Source of the DNA: Candidatus Eiseniibacteriota bacterium
Lineage (GTDB): Bacteria; Eisenbacteria; RBG-16-71-46
Length of the DNA: 64,000 nucleotides
Assembly (NCBI GenBank): GCA_963717505.1
Contig: OY970342.1
Location: forward strand, 1,952,001 to 2,016,000
Reading direction: 5' to 3'
The stretch's first letter is position 1; every line of letters begins with the position of its first letter. A program made the position numbers and the translations under genes. Positions 56,183 to 64,000 of this stretch are shown here, in pieces. Below the pieces are notes generated by a model. The model saw nothing but the letters and a program-made list of their open reading frames with translations. It was not told the origin of the DNA and did no database searches.

Positions 56183-57901
56183 GTGAAAACCCTTCTCGCG
56201 ATCATGCTGCTACTGTCCCCCGCCGTGTCGTTCGCCGGTTGGGGTCCCGATCCCGTCCCGGTGGTTTCAACTACTGACGCCATCCCGCTGGTCGAAGCAT
56301 GTACCGACGGCGAGTACGGGACCTTCGTCGCGTGGCAGCAGGGAGCGACGTCGTCCACCTGCGTCCTACGCGTTCTTCACGTGTTGCCGACCGGTGACCT
56401 CGACCCGGCCTGGCCCGCGACGGGGGCCGTGGTCTGCAACGTCCAGGTCTCTCGAAGCCTGCTCGGTGTTCTACCGGATCGCCTGGGCGGCCTCTTTGTC
56501 TGGTGGCTCGAAGGCTCGCAGCTCTTCCTGACCCGAATGGAAGGCGGTGCTGTCGCGACCGGGTGGCCAGCACGGGGCCGGTTGATTGGCATCGTTTACC
56601 AGGCGAACGGGCAACCCTGCGCCATCGAAGACGGCGCGAACGGAGTGTACCTGGCGTGGCCGGCAGAGAACGCGTTCGAACTGGATCCTTATCGACTGCT
56701 CGCGATTCACCTGGGTCCGACCAACCAGGGGGCCGGTGGATGGCCAAACGGACCGCGCGCGATCAGTAGCGTGCACGACCTGGCAACGATGGACCTCTGG
56801 CCCCGGCTGGCACTAGCTCCCGATGGCGGGATCTTCGCGGCTTATGCGATTTGCAGCCAAGACACCTCCGTGGTTCCGAATCGGTGGCACTTGTCGCGTC
56901 GCACACCCGCCGGCCTGACATCTCCCGGCTGGGCGGCCGAGGGGCTCGAGTTCGGACCCTTTGACTGCGAGCAAATGACGACCACGCTCGAGAGCTTGGT
57001 GGATGTTGCTCAGGACGGTCGTGGCGGCGTCTTCGTCGTGGCCGCGACGTCCGTGCGCAACGAGGGTGGCGTGTCCTGGGCGGCGCCGACGGTCTATCGC
57101 CGGCTCGGCGACGGGAGCACGGCACCCGATTGGCCCGAGGCCGGCCGCCAGTTTGGTCTATATGACGAGATCATGCTCGTCGCGCATCCCGAGGCTGGAT
57201 TCCTCGTGCACCCGGACGGGCGCGACGGGGTCATCGTCGGCAACGTCGTACCCTACGATCACATTGTGGACTACGGCTTTAGCACCATGGATCAGAATGG
57301 TGCCTGGTCCTTGTCATCGGCAATCGAAGGCAAACTCGGAGGGCTCGAGCACGTGTCCAACGAGCGCGGTGGGCTCTATGTCGCCGACTTCAATCCTAAC
57401 GGGCCGACCGGGATCTTCACTCCCAACGCTTTCATCCGCGTGAGCCAATCGGGGCCGTCCGTTCCATGGGGCGAGTACCACGACGAACCGTTCCAGCAGT
57501 GGTACGGAGACATCGGGTTGGCCCAGACCGGTGACGGGGGAGCCGTGTTCTTCTGGTCTCAGACGCACGAGCGTTTCGGGCTCTTCGCCCGGCGTTTCGG
57601 CCCCAACGGCCAAACGACCGCCGTCGACGAACGCCCCCAGGTCGCACGGCTTCGCGGCCTCAAGTGGGTTCGTGGCGCGGGAATTCAAGGCGCGGTCAGC
57701 CTGGAGCCAGGAACTGCGGGGCGCATCGAGGTGTTCGACGTCCTCGGCCGCCGGCTCGCGGATCATCGCCTCGACGGCGCCGGGGCGGGCGAGCAGTCCT
57801 TCACCATCGCGGGTACTGCCGGGCTCCGGTCCGGGCTGGTTGTCGTTCGTGTCTCCCAACGCGATTGGGCGGCCCTGGCCAAAGTCTTCATCGCTCGCTG
57901 A
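56183..57901 (+). CDS. Secreted beta-propeller-like protein with T9SS-like C-terminal domain
   Basis: GTG start after GGAGGG; signal peptide; repeated (D)GxGG-x-F/Y-x-AW and WP-x-x-G blades; C-terminal IEVFDVLGRR...SGLVVVRV...KVFIAR. Confidence 0.65.
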   Translation: MKTLLAIMLLLSPAVSFAGWGPDPVPVVSTTDAIPLVEACTDGEYGTFVAWQQGATSSTCVLRVLHVLPTGDLDPAWPATGAVVCNVQVSRSLLGVLPDRLGGLFVWWLEGSQLFLTRMEGGAVATGWPARGRLIGIVYQANGQPCAIEDGANGVYLAWPAENAFELDPYRLLAIHLGPTNQGAGGWPNGPRAISSVHDLATMDLWPRLALAPDGGIFAAYAICSQDTSVVPNRWHLSRRTPAGLTSPGWAAEGLEFGPFDCEQMTTTLESLVDVAQDGRGGVFVVAATSVRNEGGVSWAAPTVYRRLGDGSTAPDWPEAGRQFGLYDEIMLVAHPEAGFLVHPDGRDGVIVGNVVPYDHIVDYGFSTMDQNGAWSLSSAIEGKLGGLEHVSNERGGLYVADFNPNGPTGIFTPNAFIRVSQSGPSVPWGEYHDEPFQQWYGDIGLAQTGDGGAVFFWSQTHERFGLFARRFGPNGQTTAVDERPQVARLRGLKWVRGAGIQGAVSLEPGTAGRIEVFDVLGRRLADHRLDGAGAGEQSFTIAGTAGLRSGLVVVRVSQRDWAALAKVFIAR

Positions 57902-57904
57902 CTC

Positions 57905-57933
57905 TTGACGGCCCGGAACGTGCCTCGTAGCCT
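57905..57933 (+). promoter_or_regulatory. Putative sigma70 promoter TTGACG-N17-TAGCCT for the mutase gene
   Basis: -35 at 57905-57910 and -10 at 57928-57933. Confidence 0.5.
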
Positions 57934-57986
57934 CATTGGGTTCCGGCGCATCCCGTCGCGGCCGATACCCTACTGAAGGAGTGCTC

Positions 57987-59760
57987 ATGGCCACCCGTTC
58001 GCCCGCCTCTCGACGTCGCACGCATGCTCGACCGCGCCCGACTCCGCGCGTGACCGACCGTGCTCGCGCCGGGCGGAACGGCGGCTCGGCTTCGGCCAAC
58101 GGTGTACCCAGCCCCGCGCGGAAGGACTACGACCAGCGATACGCGGACTCGCGCGAGCGCAAGGATCTCTACCCATTCACGATTTCCGGCGTCCCGATCA
58201 AACCGCTCTACACCGCCGAAGACCTGAAGGGCCTCGACCTCGAGCGCGACCTCGGCTACCCCGGCGCCTTTCCCTACACGCGCGGCATCCACTCGACCAT
58301 GTACCGCGGGCGCATGTTCACCATGCGCCAGTTCGCGGGCTTCGGGCTCGCCAAGGAATCCAACGAGCGCTATCACTACCTGCTCGCCCACGGGCAGACC
58401 GGCCTGTCGATCGCCTTCGACAACCCGACGATCATGGGCTACGACAGCGACCATCCGAAGGCCCACGGCGAGGTCGGCAAGTGCGGCGTCGCGGTCGACT
58501 CGCTGCGCGACATGGAGGTGCTGCTCGACGGCATCGACCCGGGAGTGATCTCGACGTCGATGACCATCAACGGCCCAGCGGCGACCATGTTCGGCTTCTA
58601 CCTGGCCAACGCCGAGAAGCGCGGCACGCCGTTCTCCAAGCTGCGCGGGACCCTGCAGAACGACATCCTGAAGGAGTACATCGCGCAGAAGTGCTGGTGT
58701 TTCCCGCCGCGGCCGTCGCTGCGCATCATCGTCGACCTGATCGAGTTCGCGACCAAGCACGTGCCCCAGTGGAACACGATCTCGGTGTCCGGCTATCACA
58801 TCCGCGAGGCCGGCTCGACCGCGGGCCAGGAGCTGGCGTTCACGCTCGCCGACGGCTTCACCTACGTCGAGGAGTGCCTGAAGCGCGGACTCGACATCGA
58901 CGAATTCGCGCCGCGCCTGAGCTTCTTCTGGAACAGCCATCTCGACTTCTTCGAGGAGATCGCCAAGCTGCGCGCCGCGCGCCGCATCTGGGCGCGCCAC
59001 ATGCGCGAGCGCTACAAGGCCAAGAACCCGCAGTCGTGGCTGATGCGCTTCCACACGCAGACGGCCGGCTGCTCGCTGTGGGACAAGCAGCCCGAGAACA
59101 ACATCGTGCGCACCGCGTTCCAGGCGCTGGCCGCGGTGCTGGGCGGCACCCAGTCGCTGCACACCAACTCGATGGACGAGACCATCGCGCTGCCGAGCGA
59201 CAAGGCGGTCAAGATCGCGCTCCGCACGCAGCAGGTCATTGCCCACGAGCTGGGCGTCACCGAGACCGCCGACCCGCTCGCCGGCTCGTATTACCTGGAA
59301 TCTTTGACCAACACGTTGGAAGAACAGGCTGCGCACTATTTCAAACAGATCGAGGCGATGGGCGGGGTCGTCGCCGGTATCGAGCAGGGCTTCTTCCAGC
59401 GCGAGATCGGCCGCGCCGCCTACCAGTACCAGCAGGAGATCGAGCGCAAGCAGCGCGTCCTGGTCGGCATCAACGAATACGTCGAGCCCGACGAGAAGCT
59501 CGAGATCCCGATCCTGTACATCGGTGAGGAAGCCGAGGAGGATCAGACGGCGCAATCTCGAGGAGCTGCGGCGCACACGCGACAACAAGGCGTGCAACTC
59601 GGCGCTCAAGGCGCTGACCGCGGCCGCCGCCAGCGCTCCCGGTGAGCAGAACGTCATGGCCCGCATTCTCGACGCGGCGCGCGCCTACGCCACCGAAGGC
59701 GAGATCCGGAACGCCATGCGCGAAGTGTTCGGCGACTACGTCGAGAGCGCCGAGTTCTAG
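57987..59760 (+). CDS. icmA: B12-dependent acyl-CoA mutase large subunit, isobutyryl-CoA mutase type; one-base insertion near 59547-59550
   Basis: [60 protein letters not shown]; C-terminus ([10 protein letters not shown]...YATEGEI...VFGDY) continues in the +1 frame. Confidence 0.85.
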
Positions 59761-59788
59761 ACCGGCGCCCGCGAGGAACACACCTTTC

Positions 59789-60367
59789 ATGTCGCCCGTC
59801 ATGACCACGATTCTCCTGCTCGTTCTGGTGGGAGTCGTGGCCCTGGTCGTCAAGTGGTTCACGCAGGAAGCCGCGGAAGACTCGTCGCCCGGGAGCCCGG
59901 GAGAGCGGCCGGCCGCGGAGGCGGTCGACCAGCTGCTGGCCGAGGCCCAGGATCTCGATCCCGGCGACGTCGCCGACATGATCGCGGTCGACTCCGAAGG
60001 CATGGCGTTCGTCCCCGACGGCGACAACGTCCTACTGATCCCGCCGCCCGAGGCGGGGGAGGTGACGCCGGCGCGGCAGCACGCACACCATATCGACCGC
60101 GGCGACCTGATCGGCGTGCGCGTGGTGCGTGGAGCCCCTGACTTCGACCCCTGGCGGCTCGAGGCGCTGGGCCGCGACTTCGAGTACCGCGCCTGGTTCT
60201 TCGAGACCGAGGACGCGGCGGACGCCGCCCGCGACGTGCTCGAGCGCCGCGTGGTGGTTCCCCCGCGCGACGAGTACGACGAACCCAAGCCGCCTTCGGC
60301 CCGCGATTTCGACGAGGCCCGCAGGCGCGACGAAGAGACCGAGCACGCGCTGGACTCTGCGGAATAG
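59789..60367 (+). CDS. Hypothetical acidic protein with N-terminal membrane anchor
   Basis: GAGGA SD; [19 protein letters not shown]; Asp/Glu-rich soluble part; GC-ending codons like neighbouring genes. Confidence 0.7.
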   Translation: MSPVMTTILLLVLVGVVALVVKWFTQEAAEDSSPGSPGERPAAEAVDQLLAEAQDLDPGDVADMIAVDSEGMAFVPDGDNVLLIPPPEAGEVTPARQHAHHIDRGDLIGVRVVRGAPDFDPWRLEALGRDFEYRAWFFETEDAADAARDVLERRVVVPPRDEYDEPKPPSARDFDEARRRDEETEHALDSAE

Positions 60368-60441
60368 CCCGGCGGCGTGCGTCCGGCGCGGCTGCCCGCT
60401 ATAGTCCCGTCCTCTCAGCCGCAGGACCCACGAGGAAACTC

Positions 60442-61026
60442 ATGCCGCGCAAGATCCGCGTATTGGTCGGCAAACCCGGCCTCGACGGCCACGACCGTGG
60501 CGCCAAAGTCGTCGCCGCGGCACTCCGCGACGCCGGAATGGAAGTGATCTACACCGGACTTCATCAGACGGCCGAGCAAGTGGTGGAAGCCGCACTTCAA
60601 GAGGACGTCGATGTCGTGGCGCTCTCGATCCTCTCCGGCGCGCACATGACCTTGTTCCCCGAGATCAACAGGCTGATGCGTGCCCGCGGACTTTCCGATC
60701 GCCTGCTCACCGGCGGCGGCATCATTCCGGCCGAGGACATGGACACGCTGGCGACCATGGGCGTCGGCCGCTTGTTCGGTCCGGGTTCGTCGACCCAGGA
60801 CATCGTCGCCTACATCCGCGCGTGGTTCGCCACCCAGCACGGCGCCGATGCGCTCACGCCGTTGCCGCCGCCCCGCGACCCGCAGAGCTTCGTGCCGGCG
60901 GGATCGAGCCCCGCCAAGTCCGTGGCGAAGGTGAAATCCGCGGCCAAGGTGAAATCGGCGGCGAAGAAGAAGTCGGCGCCGAAGCGGAAGCCGGCGGCGA
61001 AGAAGAAAGCCGCGAGACGCCGCTAG
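60442..61026 (+). CDS. icmB: Cobalamin-binding small subunit of acyl-CoA mutase with Lys/Ala histone-H1-like tail
   Basis: [14 protein letters not shown] (DxHxxG), [24 protein letters not shown]; tail [32 protein letters not shown]. Confidence 0.85.
   Translation: MPRKIRVLVGKPGLDGHDRGAKVVAAALRDAGMEVIYTGLHQTAEQVVEAALQEDVDVVALSILSGAHMTLFPEINRLMRARGLSDRLLTGGGIIPAEDMDTLATMGVGRLFGPGSSTQDIVAYIRAWFATQHGADALTPLPPPRDPQSFVPAGSSPAKSVAKVKSAAKVKSAAKKKSAPKRKPAAKKKAARRR
60925..61014 (+). repeat. Five degenerate 18-bp repeats encoding the AKxKSA-type tail
   Basis: gcgaaggtgaaatccgcg / gccaaggtgaaatcggcg / gcgaagaagaagtcggcg / ccgaagcggaagccggcg / gcgaagaagaaagccgcg. Confidence 0.85.
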
Positions 61027-61033
61027 GGCCGTC

Positions 61034-61645
61034 ATGACCGAGACGCCCCGCCTGCTGGTGGCGCTCAACGGCAGCCCGGTGCGCGGCAGCAGCGTGGACC
61101 TCCTGCTCGCCGCGGCCTGCGAAGGCGCCGATGCCGTGGGCGCCCGCGTGAATCACGTGCGCTGCAACGACCTCCTGATCAAACCGTGTCAGGCGTGCGG
61201 CCCCGAGCCCACGACCGGGTACTGCATCTTTCACGACGACATGGACCCGGTCTACGAAGCCCTGCGCGACGCCCACGCGGTGATCGTCGGCTCGCCGATC
61301 TACTTTGACACCGTGAGCGCCCAGCTCAAACTTGTCATGGACCGGTGCAATTGCATCACGCCACTGGTGCGGACGCCGGAAGGGGGTTACGATTTTCGCC
61401 CGCTGTGGCCACGCACGCGTCGCGCTGCGTTCGTCACCGCGTGCAGCAGCCGACACCGCTACGATCTGGCCGAGCGCAGCGTCCGCGGCTTCCTCAAGTG
61501 GATCGGCGCGCGCTGGGAGGAGACCCTGGCATGGCAGCACGAGGACAACGACCCCGGCAGCGTGCGCGCAAAGCCCGAGTTGATCGAGAGGGCACGGGCG
61601 CTCGGGCGGCGGCTGATCGAGAGCGCACCACTGGTTCCGTCGTGA
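61034..61645 (+). CDS. Iron-sulfur flavoprotein / flavodoxin-like NADPH-dependent FMN reductase family
   Basis: NGSPVRG, IKPCQACG...CIFHDDM, GSPIYF, AQLKLVMDR. Confidence 0.85.
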   Translation: MTETPRLLVALNGSPVRGSSVDLLLAAACEGADAVGARVNHVRCNDLLIKPCQACGPEPTTGYCIFHDDMDPVYEALRDAHAVIVGSPIYFDTVSAQLKLVMDRCNCITPLVRTPEGGYDFRPLWPRTRRAAFVTACSSRHRYDLAERSVRGFLKWIGARWEETLAWQHEDNDPGSVRAKPELIERARALGRRLIESAPLVPS

Positions 61646-62300
61646 CCGGCATGCTTCTCGTGCTGCTGGGCGCGTCGGTCGCCCTCGCGAGTTCCGAGCC
61701 TGCCAGCGAGCCGCAGCCGCCGGGAGCGCCCCAGTTCGCGATCCTCGAATCCATCACCGGTGCTCCCGGTGATTCGCTCGCGCAGCGCCGGTTCCACGAC
61801 GTGGTCCGTGGCGTGTTCCTCGAGCGCACCTTCGCCACCGAGCGCGAGACGCGACCGGGTCGCTACGAGGTTTCGATCCCGATCAACAACCGATTCGTGC
61901 TGCTCGAGGGCTCGGGCGGGCCGACCGATCCGCCCGCCTACCGCGTGCAGCTGTCGCTCGAGTGGCTGCCGGCCGGGCCGGGAACGCCGGCCAAGTCGTC
62001 GACCAAGAACTCGACTGCCGCCACGAAGCCCCGCCGCCGCCGCGCGCCCTGGTGAGCGTTTTCGCCCTGCCGCCGGGCGTCGATCCCGCGATCGTTCGCA
62101 TCGCCCCGGCCAGCGACACCGTGAGCTTCTTGGCGCCGGCATCTCCGGCCGACTCCATGGCGACTTCCGTGGCCCGCAATTCGGCTCTGCTCGCGCTCGA
62201 GCACCTTCATCACCTGGACGGCGAATTGCCCGAGGAGGAGCGGCTACGCACGGATCGCGCATCGAGGTCGAGTGCCGTCACCCCGATGCGCCGCGAATAG
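61642..62300 (+). CDS. Hypothetical exported protein, apparently split by a one-base deletion at the C run 62029-62032
   Basis: GTG overlaps the upstream stop; signal peptide MLLVLLGASVALA; coding-like frame switches to the 61962..62300 frame (PPPPRALVSVFALP...LALEHLHH). Confidence 0.55.
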
Positions 62301-62345
62301 GGTTTACCACTCGGGCCTCGGTCCTGTAGAGTCGTCGGTTCACAC

Positions 62346-63503
62346 ATGGCCATGCCTATGGAAGTCACATTCGCCGAAGAGCACCTCCAGGTTCGGGAGC
62401 TGGCCCGGCGCTTTGCCGACGAGCAGGTGGCCCCTCGGGCCCGGGACCTCGATGAGCGCGAGGAGTTCCCGCACGATCTGGTGAAGCAGATGGCCGACCT
62501 CGGATTCCTCGGGCTGCCCTATCCCGAGGAGTACGGTGGCGCCGGGCTCGACACCCTGGCCTACGCCATCACGGTCGAAGAGGTCGCCCGCGCTTGCGGC
62601 TCGACCGCGATCACGCTGGCCGCCCACGTCTCGCTCGGCTGCGGCCCGGTCGCCGCCTTCGGCACCGAGGAGCAGAAGCGCCGATTCCTGACGCCGATGG
62701 CCAAGGGCGAAGTCCTGGGCGCCTTCGGGCTGACCGAACACAACGCCGGCTCCGACGCCGCCGGCACCCAGACCCGCGCGCAAAAGACCGCGAACGGCTG
62801 GAAGGTCAACGGCTCCAAGATCTACATCACCAACGGCAGCGTGGCGAAGTACATCACGTTCACCGCGCGCACCGACGCGAGCCAGGGCACCAAGGGCATC
62901 TCGGCGTTCATCATGGACACCGCCACACCCGGCTTCCGCGTCGGCAAGAAGGAAAAGAAGATGGGCCTGCGCGGCTCGGACACGGTCGAGGTCGTGTTCG
63001 AGGACTGCATGGTTCCCCAGGACAACATGCTCGGCGAACAGAGCGGCGGGTTCGCGCAGTTCATGCGCACGCTGACCGGCGGCCGCATCTCGATCGGCGC
63101 GCTGGCCCTGGGGCTCGCCCAGGGCGCCTACGAGCACAGCCTCAAGTACTCGAAGGAGCGCAAGCAGTTCGGCCAGACGATCTCCAGCTTCCAGGCGATC
63201 CAGTTCATGCTCGCCGACATGGCCACCAAGATCGAGGCGGCCCGCCTGCTGGTCTACCAGGCCGCGCGCCTGCGCGACGCCGGGCAGGACTTCGTCAAGG
63301 AAGCGTCGATGGCCAAGCTGTTCGCCAGCGAGATGGCGAACTGGGTCACCGACAAAGCGATCCAGATCCACGGCGGCATGGGTTACTGCCGCGACGTCCC
63401 GGTCGAGCGCATGCACCGCGACGCCAAACTCATGGAAATCGGCGAGGGCACGAGCGAGATTCAACGCATGGTGATCGCGCGCGAGATCCTGCGCGGCGCC
63501 TGA
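62346..63503 (+). CDS. Acyl-CoA dehydrogenase (butyryl/short-branched-chain type)
   Basis: [82 protein letters not shown]. Confidence 0.94.
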   Translation: MAMPMEVTFAEEHLQVRELARRFADEQVAPRARDLDEREEFPHDLVKQMADLGFLGLPYPEEYGGAGLDTLAYAITVEEVARACGSTAITLAAHVSLGCGPVAAFGTEEQKRRFLTPMAKGEVLGAFGLTEHNAGSDAAGTQTRAQKTANGWKVNGSKIYITNGSVAKYITFTARTDASQGTKGISAFIMDTATPGFRVGKKEKKMGLRGSDTVEVVFEDCMVPQDNMLGEQSGGFAQFMRTLTGGRISIGALALGLAQGAYEHSLKYSKERKQFGQTISSFQAIQFMLADMATKIEAARLLVYQAARLRDAGQDFVKEASMAKLFASEMANWVTDKAIQIHGGMGYCRDVPVERMHRDAKLMEIGEGTSEIQRMVIAREILRGA

Positions 63504-63507
63504 GACG

Positions 63508-64000
63508 ATGACGGGCATGCGTTGGGCTGCGGCATCGTCGCAGCTCTCTGACACCGGGTTCGCCGCCGACGCGGTCGCCACTGAGCTGCAGGAAGCGCTG
63601 GGACCGGGATCCGTCGACCTCGTCCTCGTCTACTTCGGCCCGGCCCACGTCGGAGCAGCCTCGACCCTGGGCGACACCTTCCGGCGCGCGCTCGATCCCG
63701 GCTGTCTGATCGCGACCAGCGCCCACGGCGTGGTCACCACCGAGCACGAGTATGAATCGGGGCCCGCGATCAGCGTTCTGGCCGCGCGGCTTCCCGGCGT
63801 CGGGCTCCATCCGTTCATCCTGACCCGCGAGACCTGGGCGCGACCGGCCCAGGACCTCGAAGAATTCGAACGCATGGCGCCGGGCGCCGTGGGAGCGGAA
63901 CTGATCGTGCTCACCAGCGATCCGTTCTCGTTGCCGATCGAGCCGGTGCTCGCGGGGTTTCACGATGCGGTGCCCGACGTGCGCATCGTCGGCGGACTGG
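63508..64000 (+). CDS. FIST-domain protein, N-terminal part (runs off window)
   Basis: Hand translation MTGMRWAAASSQL...VDLVLVYFGPAH...LIATSAHGVV...ESGPAISVLAARLPG...DPFS...IVGGL resembles FIST_N; absent from the ORF track because there is no stop. Confidence 0.75.
   Translation, partial: MTGMRWAAASSQLSDTGFAADAVATELQEALGPGSVDLVLVYFGPAHVGAASTLGDTFRRALDPGCLIATSAHGVVTTEHEYESGPAISVLAARLPGVGLHPFILTRETWARPAQDLEEFERMAPGAVGAELIVLTSDPFSLPIEPVLAGFHDAVPDVRIVGGL

Noticed and set aside
57901-57986. Cobalamin riboswitch upstream of the B12 mutase
   Set aside because: The leader is too short and I see no B12-box or GGGAA/GCCACTG elements
1-64000. Many long overlapping or antisense ORFs rich in Arg/Ala/Gly/Pro (e.g. 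8485..10758, 21771..23387, 40781..42799, 57933..59666)
   Set aside because: Shadow frames of real genes in high-GC DNA, with no recognisable motifs. The Arg-rich N-terminal halves of ORFs such as 31118..34933 and 18180..20525 were trimmed to the real starts.

Overview
High-GC bacterial chromosome segment, densely coded, with no rRNA, tRNA, CRISPR array, transposase or integrase that I could recognise. I infer an FCB-superphylum lineage, possibly Ca. Eisenbacteria or a relative, from FlgD-Ig/T9SS-like C-terminal domains, a YYNTFY-type TPR lipoprotein and the YKG variant of the TrmD motif. Order: (1) carB-TPR lipoprotein-pyrK-pyrD-pyrF; (2) TMEM175 channel divergent from an ECF sigma/zinc anti-sigma pair, an OPT transporter and a secreted (alpha/alpha)6-type protein; (3) a ~34 kb surface-polysaccharide region (12.3-46.4 kb) with GDP-, UDP-, dTDP- and CDP-sugar enzymes, two flippases, two ligase/polymerase-type proteins, two initiating transferases, three methyltransferases, an LhgO-like oxidase and a malic enzyme; (4) khpA-rimM-trmD-[secreted dockerin-like/lipase/CTD protein]-rplS-rnhB-yraN, without rpsP; (5) UgtP-like glycosyltransferase, meaB, two secreted accessory genes, and a B12 mutase cluster with isobutyryl-CoA mutase signature residues, an acyl-CoA dehydrogenase and a partial FIST gene. 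Three genes (trmD, icmA, one hypothetical) carry single-base frameshifts, most simply sequencing errors. The strongest leads are: basic tails on both mutase subunits flanking an acidic membrane-anchored protein; two inverted five-copy CGCGAGCC/RREP arrays; an 11-6-11 palindrome cluster next to a DnaA box; and T9SS-like cargo genes sitting inside conserved gene clusters. All calls come from motif recognition by eye; no database search was run.
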